Position numbers and translations under genes: made by a program. Under the pieces are notes generated by a model. The model saw only the letters and a program-made list of their open reading frames with translations. It was not told the DNA's origin and searched no databases. Below are positions 48,777 to 58,458 of a stretch of 64,000 nt of DNA, piece by piece. The stretch comes from Thermoproteota archaeon (GTDB lineage: Archaea > Korarchaeota > Korarchaeia > Korarchaeales > JAOZGB01), in NCBI GenBank assembly GCA_037917685.1, contig JAVCBU010000012.1:371509-435508 (forward strand), given 5' to 3'. Each line of letters starts with the position of its first letter. The first letter of the stretch is position 1.

Positions 48777-50828
48777 TTGATTAAAATGGCTGAAACCGAG
48801 GTTTACGCTGGTGAAGAGGCTGAAATGATTGAATATAAGGCATTCACTGCGAGAGCTGTAGTGCTAGCGCTGTTCTTTGGATTACTTTGGATATTCGCAC
48901 AGATTATAATGGGAGTGGCGGCCGGCTACATGTGGACGGGAGAGGGAGCTGCTGCGATGATGATAATAAGCTATGCCTTATTCGCGGCTTTGAGACAGAA
49001 AAACGTTAGACTTGAAGAGTACGGAGTTATATTTGGTATTACAGAAGTCATCTGCTGTGCATCCCTTGGCTGGGCCCAATACGCTTTTCCAAGCACGGTT
49101 CTAGCCCTGGCATCACCAAGATACAAGGCTTATGGCGAGTATCTACCATCGTTCTTAGCCCCTGCCGCCGAGGATCAACTAAGGGCTGCAATGTACGGAG
49201 GAGCTATAAGATGGGGTGAATGGATAACACCTATAATCTTCTACATAGCATTCGGCCTCGTAATGTTCCTGTTTTCAATGTTTGTAGTGATGCCGGTTAG
49301 AAAGCAGGTCATAGAGATAGAGAGACTCCCATTCCCAGTAGCAACTGTCAGCGCCACAGTAGTGCGCATGACAGCGGGCAGAGAGCACCCTGAAAGATTG
49401 AGATGGCTATGGCTAGGGCTACTCATAGGATTTCTTGTTGGAATACTCCAGGAAGGCTTTATGTTGACAAAAATGTTCCCAGGATTCGGAGGAATACCTA
49501 TAAGCCACGATTTCACGCCAAACTTGCAGGATCTATTCCCTGGCTCGGCATTAATGATAGCGGGGCTTACACCGGATCTAATTGCATGGGCATACATAAT
49601 TCCGCTTGAAACCCAGCTTACAATGGTACTCTTTGGGATCCTATTCTATGTGGTAATCGCAACAATACAGGTCAGGCTAGGCTGGGTTACATACGAGCCA
49701 GGAGGCGGATGGTATGACTACTCCTACGTAGTTTGGCTTAAAGGGATATCAACAATCCACCTTACTGAAGGAACATACTTTGCAGCAGCTATTGTACCAG
49801 TACTGATTAGCACTGCGTATTTAAAGAGGATGTTTAGAAGCCTTATTTCAGGACCTACAGATGAAGAAAAGGAGGAAGAGCCGTTAACATACAGGACAAT
49901 GTGGGCTATAATAGTAGTACTGTTCGTAGCTGCAGTTGGGCTTCTCATGATGCTCAGAATGCCAGCAATCATGGCAGTGGTAATGATGATTATCCAAGGA
50001 ATTACATTCCACATGTACATGAGGAGCATAGGAGCCGCAAACTGGAGCATACCTATTCCAACGGGGATTCAAAGATTGATGAACATGATATTCTTCCAGC
50101 CATGGCCGGGAATGGAGAAAGGCTTCTTTGAACCAATGAGCCAGGCAGGGTTCAGCACTGGACTAAGCGATATATTAACATTAGAAGCTGGTAGCGGCGG
50201 CGGCGTCTCAAGCATGGAAACATTTAGATTTGCTTTTCTAACACGGATGAAACCAAAGGACATGCTGAAGGCACAGCTTATAGGTGCTTTCATGTCTTTA
50301 ACAATAGGCATCCTACTGGTGTTATTCTTACTAGGGAAGTTCGGAGGTCTAAGTGAACAGATGAAATTCATGTATGGCTACGTAGTCACGAGAGCTGCTA
50401 ACCAAATGCGTGTCAACCTTGGAGGCTTCAGCTTTAAGATATTCGTAGCTGGCTTCATACTTGGTGCTGCAATAATCCTCGCTAGAATAAGATTCCCATG
50501 GCTACCGATAGATGCGTACGGAATAGTTCTCGCAGGACTATTGAACGAGTACATACTACTTTACATGATAACTCTAATCCTAAAGTACTTCACATTAAAG
50601 ATCGGAGGTACAAGGGGATATGAAGGAGTAGCAATACCATTTGTGGCTGGACTAGCCACAGGTGGAATCCTAGTGGGAATATACACGGGAATTCTCAGCT
50701 TGCTCGATGCCCTAGGAGTTCAGCCGATAGCCGGCGTTTCTACAATCCTGATACTAGGGGTCATCTTCATTCTGATAACTGTGATACCAACCGTCATCGC
50801 TATCGTAAGGGCTTTCACAAGGGCCTAA
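48777..50828 (+). CDS. OPT/DUF6785-like multipass transporter
   Basis: AFTARA, W.EW..P, RKQ..E.ERLPFP.A, R.RFPWLPI..YG, PF..GL. Confidence 0.72.
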   Translation: MIKMAETEVYAGEEAEMIEYKAFTARAVVLALFFGLLWIFAQIIMGVAAGYMWTGEGAAAMMIISYALFAALRQKNVRLEEYGVIFGITEVICCASLGWAQYAFPSTVLALASPRYKAYGEYLPSFLAPAAEDQLRAAMYGGAIRWGEWITPIIFYIAFGLVMFLFSMFVVMPVRKQVIEIERLPFPVATVSATVVRMTAGREHPERLRWLWLGLLIGFLVGILQEGFMLTKMFPGFGGIPISHDFTPNLQDLFPGSALMIAGLTPDLIAWAYIIPLETQLTMVLFGILFYVVIATIQVRLGWVTYEPGGGWYDYSYVVWLKGISTIHLTEGTYFAAAIVPVLISTAYLKRMFRSLISGPTDEEKEEEPLTYRTMWAIIVVLFVAAVGLLMMLRMPAIMAVVMMIIQGITFHMYMRSIGAANWSIPIPTGIQRLMNMIFFQPWPGMEKGFFEPMSQAGFSTGLSDILTLEAGSGGGVSSMETFRFAFLTRMKPKDMLKAQLIGAFMSLTIGILLVLFLLGKFGGLSEQMKFMYGYVVTRAANQMRVNLGGFSFKIFVAGFILGAAIILARIRFPWLPIDAYGIVLAGLLNEYILLYMITLILKYFTLKIGGTRGYEGVAIPFVAGLATGGILVGIYTGILSLLDALGVQPIAGVSTILILGVIFILITVIPTVIAIVRAFTRA

Positions 50829-50852
50829 CTCCCCATTATTTTTTAGCAGCTT

Positions 50853-51773
50853 CTAATCCCAACTAAAAATCTTATCTATAATTAATTCGGGATTGTAAGG
50901 CTCTAAATCTTCGATTTTACCACCCACGCCCAGATATACTATTGGTTTTTTAGAAATAGCAGCTACCGATACGATTACTCCTCCTTTAGGATTTGCGTCT
51001 AACTTTGTAAATATGATTGCGTCCACACCTACATTTTTATCGAAAGCTTCAAGTTGAGAGATAGCATCGGTCCCCGACAAACTATCTAACACTAGGATCT
51101 TAAGATCTGGCTTATTTACTCTTACAATTTTCCTAAGCTCCTCTATTAGGTTCTTGTCGAGATGAGACCTCCCAGCAGTATCAGCTAGCACTACATTGTA
51201 ATACTTGGATTTTGCCTTTTCAACAGCTTGGTAAACAACTGAACAGCTATCTGATCCTCTTTTCTGTTTAACGATAGGTAGCCCCGCTTTTCGAGAGTAT
51301 TCTTCCAGTTGCTCGATGGCTGCTGACCTATAGGTATCACCGGCTGCAACAAGCACTCTAAATCCCTTCTTTCTCAACATGTAACCTATCTTGGCAAGAG
51401 TTAGAGATTTTCCTACACCGTTAAAGCCAAGGAAAACGATGAGGAAAGGCCTCTTCTCCTTTGTAGACGCTCTTATTAGGCTTTCAATGTCGATTTGGGG
51501 GGTGGAAAGAAGCCTCCGAATAATATTCTTTAGCGTTTCACGTATGTATTCCTCAGGTGATACTTCTCTTGGTATCTCCTTACCGACAAGCTCTGTTTTA
51601 AGTTGTTGGGCTATCTCGTCAAGCACCTCGAAGTATATACCTGCAGATAGTAAGGCAGGGGTGGATTCGGAAATTATTTGTTCTATATCTTTTTCTGTTA
51701 CCTTTCTGAATCGTGCAATCTTAGCTATTGTTGACGTTAGAGTTCTCATTGAGTTCTTTAGTAGATTTAACAT
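50853..51773 (-). CDS. ftsY: SRP receptor FtsY
   Basis: GFNGVGKS, DTYRSAAIEQL, DTAGR, TKLD. Confidence 0.93.
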   Translation of the reverse strand: MLNLLKNSMRTLTSTIAKIARFRKVTEKDIEQIISESTPALLSAGIYFEVLDEIAQQLKTELVGKEIPREVSPEEYIRETLKNIIRRLLSTPQIDIESLIRASTKEKRPFLIVFLGFNGVGKSLTLAKIGYMLRKKGFRVLVAAGDTYRSAAIEQLEEYSRKAGLPIVKQKRGSDSCSVVYQAVEKAKSKYYNVVLADTAGRSHLDKNLIEELRKIVRVNKPDLKILVLDSLSGTDAISQLEAFDKNVGVDAIIFTKLDANPKGGVIVSVAAISKKPIVYLGVGGKIEDLEPYNPELIIDKIFSWD

Positions 51774-52185
51774 TCTGAGCCACCCTTTGTTCGGTAGTCC
51801 TTTGCTGTATGCGAGCTACTATACTGCCGGCTTGAACCCGTATTCTCTCAGCTGTTTTTGTTAGATCTCTGATCCTAACTTTTAACTCGTCAATTTTCTC
51901 GTCTATTATTTTGAGGGTATTTTCTGCATCCAGTTCCGCAAATAAATCTCCACCTATCCCTATCAGAATCCTGTTGAAGCTTATCGAATCTGCTATCACC
52001 AATATATCCGTGGCAATCGGCAACATAACGTTTCCCTTTATCTCATTCTTCAAGGCTTTGCCTATGATTTTTCTCAGTTTGTTATATCTGTCAAGTTCAT
52101 ACTGAAGTAGTGTGATTTGTTGAATTATTTCTCGATACTGCTGATCTAGGATGCTAAGGTATGCCGTGAGGTTTTGTACTGCCAC
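51721..52185 (-). CDS. pfdA: Prefoldin alpha subunit
   Basis: Coiled coil-beta hairpins-coiled coil, IGIGGDLFAE; conserved position before ftsY. Confidence 0.8.
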   Translation of the reverse strand: MAVQNLTAYLSILDQQYREIIQQITLLQYELDRYNKLRKIIGKALKNEIKGNVMLPIATDILVIADSISFNRILIGIGGDLFAELDAENTLKIIDEKIDELKVRIRDLTKTAERIRVQAGSIVARIQQRTTEQRVAQNVKSTKELNENSNVNNS

Positions 52186-52476
52186 CTAATCACTCTCCGG
52201 TAGTTTAACTAAGGCTGTTTTTTCTTCTTCATCTGATATTACGGCTACTACTATCTTCCTTGGAGGATTTTCGTTTCCCCTGGACCATATGTAGTTGGAG
52301 ACTTCAGGGGATATTTTTACCTCATATTCCTTGAAGTTTCTCTTTATAAATTCTCTGAGAAATTTTACAGCTTTTTCTGACCGCTTCCAAGATGGTTTTT
52401 TCCTCCTGACGATTTTGAGTGGGATAGTAAGTTCCACCTCTCTAGTTTTTTCTTTCTTATCCTTCATATGTTTCAC
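52186..52476 (-). CDS. rpl31e: Ribosomal protein eL31
   Basis: TIPL, KR..KAV..LREF, N.YIW.RG...PPRKI. Confidence 0.92.
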   Translation of the reverse strand: MKHMKDKKEKTREVELTIPLKIVRRKKPSWKRSEKAVKFLREFIKRNFKEYEVKISPEVSNYIWSRGNENPPRKIVVAVISDEEEKTALVKLPESD

Positions 52477-52625
52477 CGCTTTAGTTTAGTAACTCTCCAA
52501 TTTCTTCTTCTTCGAGGCATTACTCTTCTATTTGTTCTTAGTATCACCCATAAGGGTATTCTTTGATTTGATTTTAGCTCTTTTGCTAGTCTAAGCTTTC
52601 TGGCGACATGTTTGTATCTGGCCAT
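52473..52625 (-). CDS. rpl39e: Ribosomal protein eL39 (absent from the ORF track)
   Basis: Manual translation [50 protein letters not shown]. Confidence 0.95.
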   Translation of the reverse strand: MARYKHVARKLRLAKELKSNQRIPLWVILRTNRRVMPRRRRNWRVTKLKR

Positions 52626-52636
52626 CTCGTCTTAAC

Positions 52637-52924
52637 CTATAATCTTCTTATTCTTATATTTCTTTTTCTCTGCACAACTGTTTTCAATATCTGCTTAAGT
52701 TGTTCATCGGTGATGGGTTTTCTTACTCTTCCAGCTGCGTAAAGCTGGATTAAGTAGTTTGTTACCTGAGCTGCAAGTTCTGGCTTTATCATCTCAACGT
52801 TTTTGAGCCTGTACCTAGCTTCCGATGTAAGTATTAAGGAAAGGATTTTCCTCTTCTCTTCTTCTAACTTTTGGAGCTCATAGAGCCTCCTTAATTCTTC
52901 TTGAGAGTATCCAGAGTATCCCAT
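52637..52924 (-). CDS. PDCD5-like DNA-binding protein
   Basis: ILT.EAR.RL.N....KPELA..V...LIQL, ITDEQLK. Confidence 0.9.
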   Translation of the reverse strand: MGYSGYSQEELRRLYELQKLEEEKRKILSLILTSEARYRLKNVEMIKPELAAQVTNYLIQLYAAGRVRKPITDEQLKQILKTVVQRKRNIRIRRL

Positions 52925-53353
52925 TCATTCAGCCTCCTTTGATAACATTTTGTTGGAAATCTTGTCCAGAAAACTTATCCCTTTAGGTGTAAGTTTTCTC
53001 CCTTCTCCAGGTACTTTCTCAACGAGCCCTGCTTTTTCTAATTGTTGAAGTATGACTCTTATATGATGTCCGCTAGCCTTGTAGAAGTGACATGGTCTTG
53101 CTCCTCTATCTTTTCTCCCACCGTAGGCTGTCCTAAGTCTAGATACTCCTTTGGGGCCGTACAGATATAGTTTTCGCATTATCGAAGCAGCTCTTATATA
53201 CCACCAGTCCTCTTGCTCAGGTGGCCTCTGCTTATAGTGTCCAGTTTTAGTGTATTTAGCCCATTCTGGTGGCTTTATCTCTCTTATCTTTTTGAGTTCC
53301 TCCTTTACTGTAGTTATTAATGTCCATGGGTCTATCTCTCGCGCGGTTGGCAT
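52925..53353 (-). CDS. rps19e: Ribosomal protein eS19
   Basis: PPEWA...KTG, WWY.RAAS, YGGRK.RG..P, GR.LTPKG. Confidence 0.95.
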   Translation of the reverse strand: MPTAREIDPWTLITTVKEELKKIREIKPPEWAKYTKTGHYKQRPPEQEDWWYIRAASIMRKLYLYGPKGVSRLRTAYGGRKDRGARPCHFYKASGHHIRVILQQLEKAGLVEKVPGEGRKLTPKGISFLDKISNKMLSKEAE

Positions 53354-53386
53354 CTTTTATCCCTTAGCATTGTTTACTCCCCAGCA

Positions 53387-53710
53387 TCATTTATAAGGAT
53401 ATCTCGTGACTGCTCCACAGTTGTAGCAATGCATTACGATATGTGGTTTACCTCGAGGGCTGAGTCTGAAATAAGAGTTAACGCCTGGAACTAGGAAGAT
53501 TTTACATTTTTTACAGAATCTCCATCTCCACTCCTTGGGAATACGAACCTTGTTTCTCATAGAGATCTTTCTAACGAGTTCAGAATATCTTCTTATCAAA
53601 GAAGCATCACGAACCTTCTTTTCTTCTATAAGTGTTAGTAGTATTCTTATTCTCTGCCTTGCTATGTCTTTTTGTATCTTTTTCCTTATCGTCCATTTTT
53701 TAGAAGGCAT
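53387..53710 (-). CDS. rnp4: RNase P protein Rpp21
   Basis: IA..RI..L, FCKKC..L.PG, C..CG...R.PY. Confidence 0.9.
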   Translation of the reverse strand: MPSKKWTIRKKIQKDIARQRIRILLTLIEEKKVRDASLIRRYSELVRKISMRNKVRIPKEWRWRFCKKCKIFLVPGVNSYFRLSPRGKPHIVMHCYNCGAVTRYPYK

Positions 53711-53788
53711 TGGTAAGCGTTAAAGGTAAGAAAACATTTAATATATTAATCTTGGCAACTTTCCCAATGTATAGAAAGGTGACAATTT

Positions 53789-54751
53789 ATGGAGTTTGAG
53801 CTTTGGGTTGAGAAGTATAGACCTAGAAGACTTTCTGAAATGTGTGATCAACGTGAAGTTGTAAAATATCTTGAAGCTTTTGTAAGAATGGGTAACATTC
53901 CCCATTTACTGTTTGCAGGTCCTGCAGGAACTGGAAAGACTACTGCGGCTATATGTATTGCTTACGAATTGTTGGGGGACGCATATGGGGCTAATTATTT
54001 AGAGTTAAACGCATCGGATGAAAGAGGTATTGACGTTATAAGAGGAAAAATCAAGGACTTTGCTCGGTCTAAACCGATAGCGGGGGCTCCTTTCAAGATT
54101 ATTCACCTTGACGAAAGTGACAACTTAACAAGTGAAGCTCAACATGCTCTTAGAAGGACTATGGAACTCTACTCTGATAATTGTAGGTTCATATTTGCTT
54201 GCAACTATATTTCTAAAATTATTCCCCCAATACAGTCGCGGTGCGCGGTTTTTCGTTTTTCACCTATTCCTATTGATGATTTTAAGGACTATTTAAACTA
54301 TATTGCTGGAAGTGAAGGTGTAAGCGTCGATAACGAGGCTTTAGAAGCTTTATACAGTGTTTCCAAGGGAGATCTCAGAACAGGGATAAATATATTGCAG
54401 GCCGCCGCCTTTTTGGACAAGAATGTGGATAGCGATGCTATCTACAAAGTTTCAGGTATGGCTAAACCCGGCGAAATTGGAGAAATGATAAAACACGCCT
54501 TTAAGGGAGAAATTACAAGAGCAAGGGAATATTTGCATAGACTTTTGATTGTCGAGGGTGTTTCCCCCTCCGATATCTTGTATCAAGTATACAGTGAAAT
54601 CGTCAATTCGTCTCTTGATGATATGTTAAAAGCAAGGGTTCTAGAGGTTTTAGGGGAAGTAGACTTCAGAATAAGGGAGGGGGCAAATAGTGAGATACAG
54701 CTTTCATACTTTTTATCTCAGCTATCCTTAATCGGGGGTGATAAAAGATAG
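53789..54751 (+). CDS. rfcS: Replication factor C small subunit
   Basis: WVEKYRP, GPAGTGKT, ELNASDERG, ALRRTME, IQSRC. Confidence 0.95.
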   Translation: MEFELWVEKYRPRRLSEMCDQREVVKYLEAFVRMGNIPHLLFAGPAGTGKTTAAICIAYELLGDAYGANYLELNASDERGIDVIRGKIKDFARSKPIAGAPFKIIHLDESDNLTSEAQHALRRTMELYSDNCRFIFACNYISKIIPPIQSRCAVFRFSPIPIDDFKDYLNYIAGSEGVSVDNEALEALYSVSKGDLRTGINILQAAAFLDKNVDSDAIYKVSGMAKPGEIGEMIKHAFKGEITRAREYLHRLLIVEGVSPSDILYQVYSEIVNSSLDDMLKARVLEVLGEVDFRIREGANSEIQLSYFLSQLSLIGGDKR

Positions 54752-55842
54752 AGCTATATACCGAGAAGTATAGGCCTAGGTCTTTAAATGATGTTATTGG
54801 GCAGGATAAAGCGATAAAACAGCTTGTTTCATGGTTTAACAAATGCAGAGAAGGGAATAGGTGGAAGCCAGCCGTGTTATGGGGGCCTAATGGATGTGGT
54901 AAAACTTCAGTGGCTTATTCTTTCTGTTATGATCACATGTTGGAGCCCGTCGAAATTAACGTAGCCTCTAGTTACGATGAAGTTGAGGCGAAACTCTCTT
55001 CACTTGGCGTTTCTACGTTTGATGGTAAAGATAAATGCTTAATTATCGAAGAGTTAGAGTTTGTTCTCGGTTTAAGAGACGTAGGAAGGCTTGTTAAAAA
55101 ATTTTTGATAAAGCGAAAATATCCGGGTCCTATCATAATCACATCAGACGATGTTTACCATAGGAAAATGTATGATATAAGGAGATATTTAGAGGTGATT
55201 CGTCTATCTAGGTTAAGAAAACCCTATATAATAAAGATTTTAAAAAAGGTTTCTATTTCTGAGAGGGTTACAGTGCCACCGCAAATTATGGAAATCATCG
55301 CAGATGAATCCGGGGGGGATGCTCGAGCTGCCCTTAATGATCTTCAGATTGTGGCTGCGTCGGGTTCATTTGATTTGACCGTTCGGAGGAATATTCGTAT
55401 CTATATCTATGATTTTTTGGAAAGTGTTTTTACTGGTGAACCGGGTTCTGAAGTTTCTAAGAAGTTTTCTGAAGTGAGCGTTGACTACGAAATGCTTTTA
55501 TCTTGGATCTATGAAAACCTCCCTTACGTCACCTCAGATATTAAAAGTCTCAACGAGGCTTTAAGGATTCTTTCCGTAGCTGATAAGTTTAACTGGAGGG
55601 CGAGAAGAGTGGACTGGAAGTACCTGAAATATTTGTTTGTAATAATATCTTATGGACTTCCATCTTTGAAATTAAAGAAGAGATACGTAAGGTATTCCTT
55701 TCCGTCGATAATATCGACTAGAGCCTCAGCTAAGAGAGGGGATATCGATGACGTAACTCGGATTTTGGCTTCAAAGTGCCATTGCTCCAAGAAGGATGCT
55801 TTAAGGTTGTACAGGCTGTTTAGTTCGATAGTAAGGATCTGA
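54748..55842 (+). CDS. rfcL: Replication factor C large subunit (probable ATA start)
   Basis: In-frame ELYTEKYRPRSL upstream of the listed GTG; GPNGCGKT, GDARAALNDLQ, WIYEN. Confidence 0.85.
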   Translation: MELYTEKYRPRSLNDVIGQDKAIKQLVSWFNKCREGNRWKPAVLWGPNGCGKTSVAYSFCYDHMLEPVEINVASSYDEVEAKLSSLGVSTFDGKDKCLIIEELEFVLGLRDVGRLVKKFLIKRKYPGPIIITSDDVYHRKMYDIRRYLEVIRLSRLRKPYIIKILKKVSISERVTVPPQIMEIIADESGGDARAALNDLQIVAASGSFDLTVRRNIRIYIYDFLESVFTGEPGSEVSKKFSEVSVDYEMLLSWIYENLPYVTSDIKSLNEALRILSVADKFNWRARRVDWKYLKYLFVIISYGLPSLKLKKRYVRYSFPSIISTRASAKRGDIDDVTRILASKCHCSKKDALRLYRLFSSIVRI

Positions 55843-56115
55843 ATCTATCTTCCGCCATTTTTCAAAAAATTCCTTAAGAAGCAAGGCCCTAGGGTTGTTT
55901 ATATTGAGCGAATATATCTTTATTTTTCCGAATCTCCGCAAGTTAACTATTCTCTTCTCCAGCAAAAAGTCTAAAAAACGTACCACCTGGCTATGTGATA
56001 CTTTAGTTGCTTTTGATATCTTTGTCACATTCACATCACCATATATGCAAAGGAGTTCTATGATCCTTGTCCTATAACGGGATGAAAAGATTTCTGACAA
56101 TTCCATGCAAATCAC
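55801..56115 (-). CDS. Small winged-helix protein (ArsR-like)
   Basis: IFSS..R..I, NV..I, R.FGKIKIY; overlaps the cdc6 stop. Confidence 0.8.
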   Translation of the reverse strand: MICMELSEIFSSRYRTRIIELLCIYGDVNVTKISKATKVSHSQVVRFLDFLLEKRIVNLRRFGKIKIYSLNINNPRALLLKEFFEKWRKIDSDPYYRTKQPVQP

Positions 56116-57305
56116 TCTAGCTGTGACCTAAGCTCTTTCTCGAGTTTGTTTAAAGATATAAGGTTCACACTAAAGTATGTGGTTCTACCGCCGCTTGGAA
56201 CATTCCTAACGTCTGCTTCGATAAATCCTGAGAGCTGCAAAGTTTTTATATCACGGTTTAGGGATGGCCGGCTTTTAGGTTTCACCCCGTATTCTTCGCA
56301 GAGTATTTTGTAATATTTCATTACTCTCCCCATTGGGGTATTAACAGTACCGTCCTCCTTCAGAGATAACACTATGCTCAGAAGGAATATTTTCGTGTGA
56401 AGGGGAAGATTCTCGAGTTCAAATATGTTAAAGCTTTCTACTCTCTCTTTATATTCAGCAACTACTATTCTAACATGCTCCGGGGTTATCTTGGCCTCCA
56501 TACTGTCAAATGCGTATTGCGCAGCGCTATTAAGTATGCTTATAGCTTTCCTTGCTTTACCATCCGAGATATTAGCTATCATCCAGAGTATATCGTCTTC
56601 AAAAGCATTTGGATATAGTGCTTCGCTAGCTCGCACCTTTAATATCTCTACTAGTGAGGCAACATCATAATCCTTGAACTCTATTATATCATACAGGAAA
56701 TCTCTTACTGCTGGGTCTAACCTGATTTTTGCAATGGTTTGCTCACTAACGGTTATCAAGACTAGGGAAAGCAAACTATATGTTGAAGCATCATTAAACC
56801 TAGTGAGAGAGTATAAAAGAGGGGTAGTCTTAGAACCGCGTTCAACAAACCTATCAATATCATCAAGTATCAAAACTAAATGTATCCTGTTGGATTCGAG
56901 AAAGTTTTGAAGGAACATCAAAAGCTCCCCATAACCGACTCCTCTACTAGGAAAGTATGTGTTATAGCCTTTCTTAGCTAACTGAGAGAGAATTAATTGC
57001 ATGACTTGAATTTCATCTCTATAAGCACAGGAAACTCTGACGATCTCTATATTGCCATCATGACTATTAGCCTCCTCTTTAAATTTTTCCGCAATTCTAG
57101 AAACAATAAGAGTTTTCCCAACGCCTATAGACCCGTTTATTATGCATCTAAAGCTATAGTTCAGAGGATCATCGAGGAGAGGTTTGAGCCTATTCAAGAT
57201 CATGTTCATTTCTTTTTTCCTATCAACGATTTTACTCAGAGGCGGCATATATCTTGGGTCGAGTAGTGTTTTATCTTTGAATATTGTAGGCTTTTGCACG
57301 GGCAA
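56112..57305 (-). CDS. cdc6: Orc1/Cdc6 replication initiator homologue
   Basis: IFKD...L...Y.P, GSIGVGKT, LILDDID, LY.L.R, G.ARKA, C-terminal wHTH ending GRT. Confidence 0.9.
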   Translation of the reverse strand: MPVQKPTIFKDKTLLDPRYMPPLSKIVDRKKEMNMILNRLKPLLDDPLNYSFRCIINGSIGVGKTLIVSRIAEKFKEEANSHDGNIEIVRVSCAYRDEIQVMQLILSQLAKKGYNTYFPSRGVGYGELLMFLQNFLESNRIHLVLILDDIDRFVERGSKTTPLLYSLTRFNDASTYSLLSLVLITVSEQTIAKIRLDPAVRDFLYDIIEFKDYDVASLVEILKVRASEALYPNAFEDDILWMIANISDGKARKAISILNSAAQYAFDSMEAKITPEHVRIVVAEYKERVESFNIFELENLPLHTKIFLLSIVLSLKEDGTVNTPMGRVMKYYKILCEEYGVKPKSRPSLNRDIKTLQLSGFIEADVRNVPSGGRTTYFSVNLISLNKLEKELRSQLE

Positions 57306-57387
57306 ATTGCAACCCTAAGTACATGATCTTTTTGAAATTAAATATTGATTAAAGAAGCGAGATAATATAGAGAGCCACCTTTTTAAA

Positions 57388-58347
57388 CTATCGTTTTCTG
57401 AGGTATCTTAATATTAACAATAGTGATAAAAGTATTGATGCTGTATATATTAAAAGTATAATTGTAATATCTAATTTCCTCAGAGAAGTGGCTTCCTCAT
57501 AAAGTGAATCTATAACCGAGACATCTACATCCCAAGGTGAAACTAGGAGCTTCGAATCTATACTTGCTACTTTGGTTGTAATACTTCTATATTTTTCGTT
57601 AAATATCAACGGGGAGATTTTGAGGGAATTAAGACTGTTCTTAATAGATTCAAGCTTTAACTGTGCATCACTAAATTCCTGTATCCTTTCACACATAGAG
57701 AATGAAACTTCTACTCTGATATTGCCTAACGCCCTAAATATGTATTCTACGACTATCCTCCCTTCTTTGTTCACGTACATAAATTCTGGCTGAGGCGTAG
57801 ACATTACTATGCTAAAATTGGCAGGGAGAATGTAAGTCCTGTTTAAAACGTCAGCTGAGGCTCCTATAAATCTCGTTATACCTTCTCCCTCCTTATAATG
57901 TATACAAAGAGCGTCTACGTCTTCTTCCGTACTTCTGAGCTTGAATGTAACAGAGATTATAAATGGGATAGTAGGATCAGAAGTATTTACACCAGAAAGA
58001 GATACCTTGGCAGGTTCAAACATGACAAGAAGTTGAGTGCCCATGTTTTTAGTCGAAATGTATGATGAATCAAGATTATATGCTTTCGTTATATTTTCCT
58101 CTATCGCTGAAATATATGCTTGAGGATTTTTGACGACGAGTTTTCTTAAAAAAGCAGCTGCTGAACCTCTGAAAATAATCATCTCCGAGACGTGGATCTC
58201 CCATGGGCTAACAAAATCAAGTATTTGGTGTCTCTCTACATACATCACTTGGCCTGCATTCACCCAAGAATTAAACGAAGCAATAATAAGAACTATAAGC
58301 AGTAATATGTAAACTCTCATAGTCGTTCTCACCATGTAAATCACCAA
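57388..58347 (-). CDS. Type I membrane protein (signal peptide, beta-rich ectodomain, C-terminal TM)
   Basis: Hydrophobic termini; ILP....I....PQP motif; basic tail RYLRKR. Confidence 0.65.
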   Translation of the reverse strand: MVIYMVRTTMRVYILLLIVLIIASFNSWVNAGQVMYVERHQILDFVSPWEIHVSEMIIFRGSAAAFLRKLVVKNPQAYISAIEENITKAYNLDSSYISTKNMGTQLLVMFEPAKVSLSGVNTSDPTIPFIISVTFKLRSTEEDVDALCIHYKEGEGITRFIGASADVLNRTYILPANFSIVMSTPQPEFMYVNKEGRIVVEYIFRALGNIRVEVSFSMCERIQEFSDAQLKLESIKNSLNSLKISPLIFNEKYRSITTKVASIDSKLLVSPWDVDVSVIDSLYEEATSLRKLDITIILLIYTASILLSLLLILRYLRKR

Positions 58348-58458
58348 TATGTCCCCGAGCCTCCAATTTTATACTTTTAATCACATCAACGAAGTTTAGC
58401 ACGTCTGATAACTATAAACCTTTTCCTTTTAAATACGAATTGAAGAGTTAATTATAGG

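Noticed and set aside
57306-57387. Possible replication origin upstream of cdc6
   Set aside because: Only about 80 nt, with no ORB-like (TCCAxTGGAA plus G-string) repeats visible
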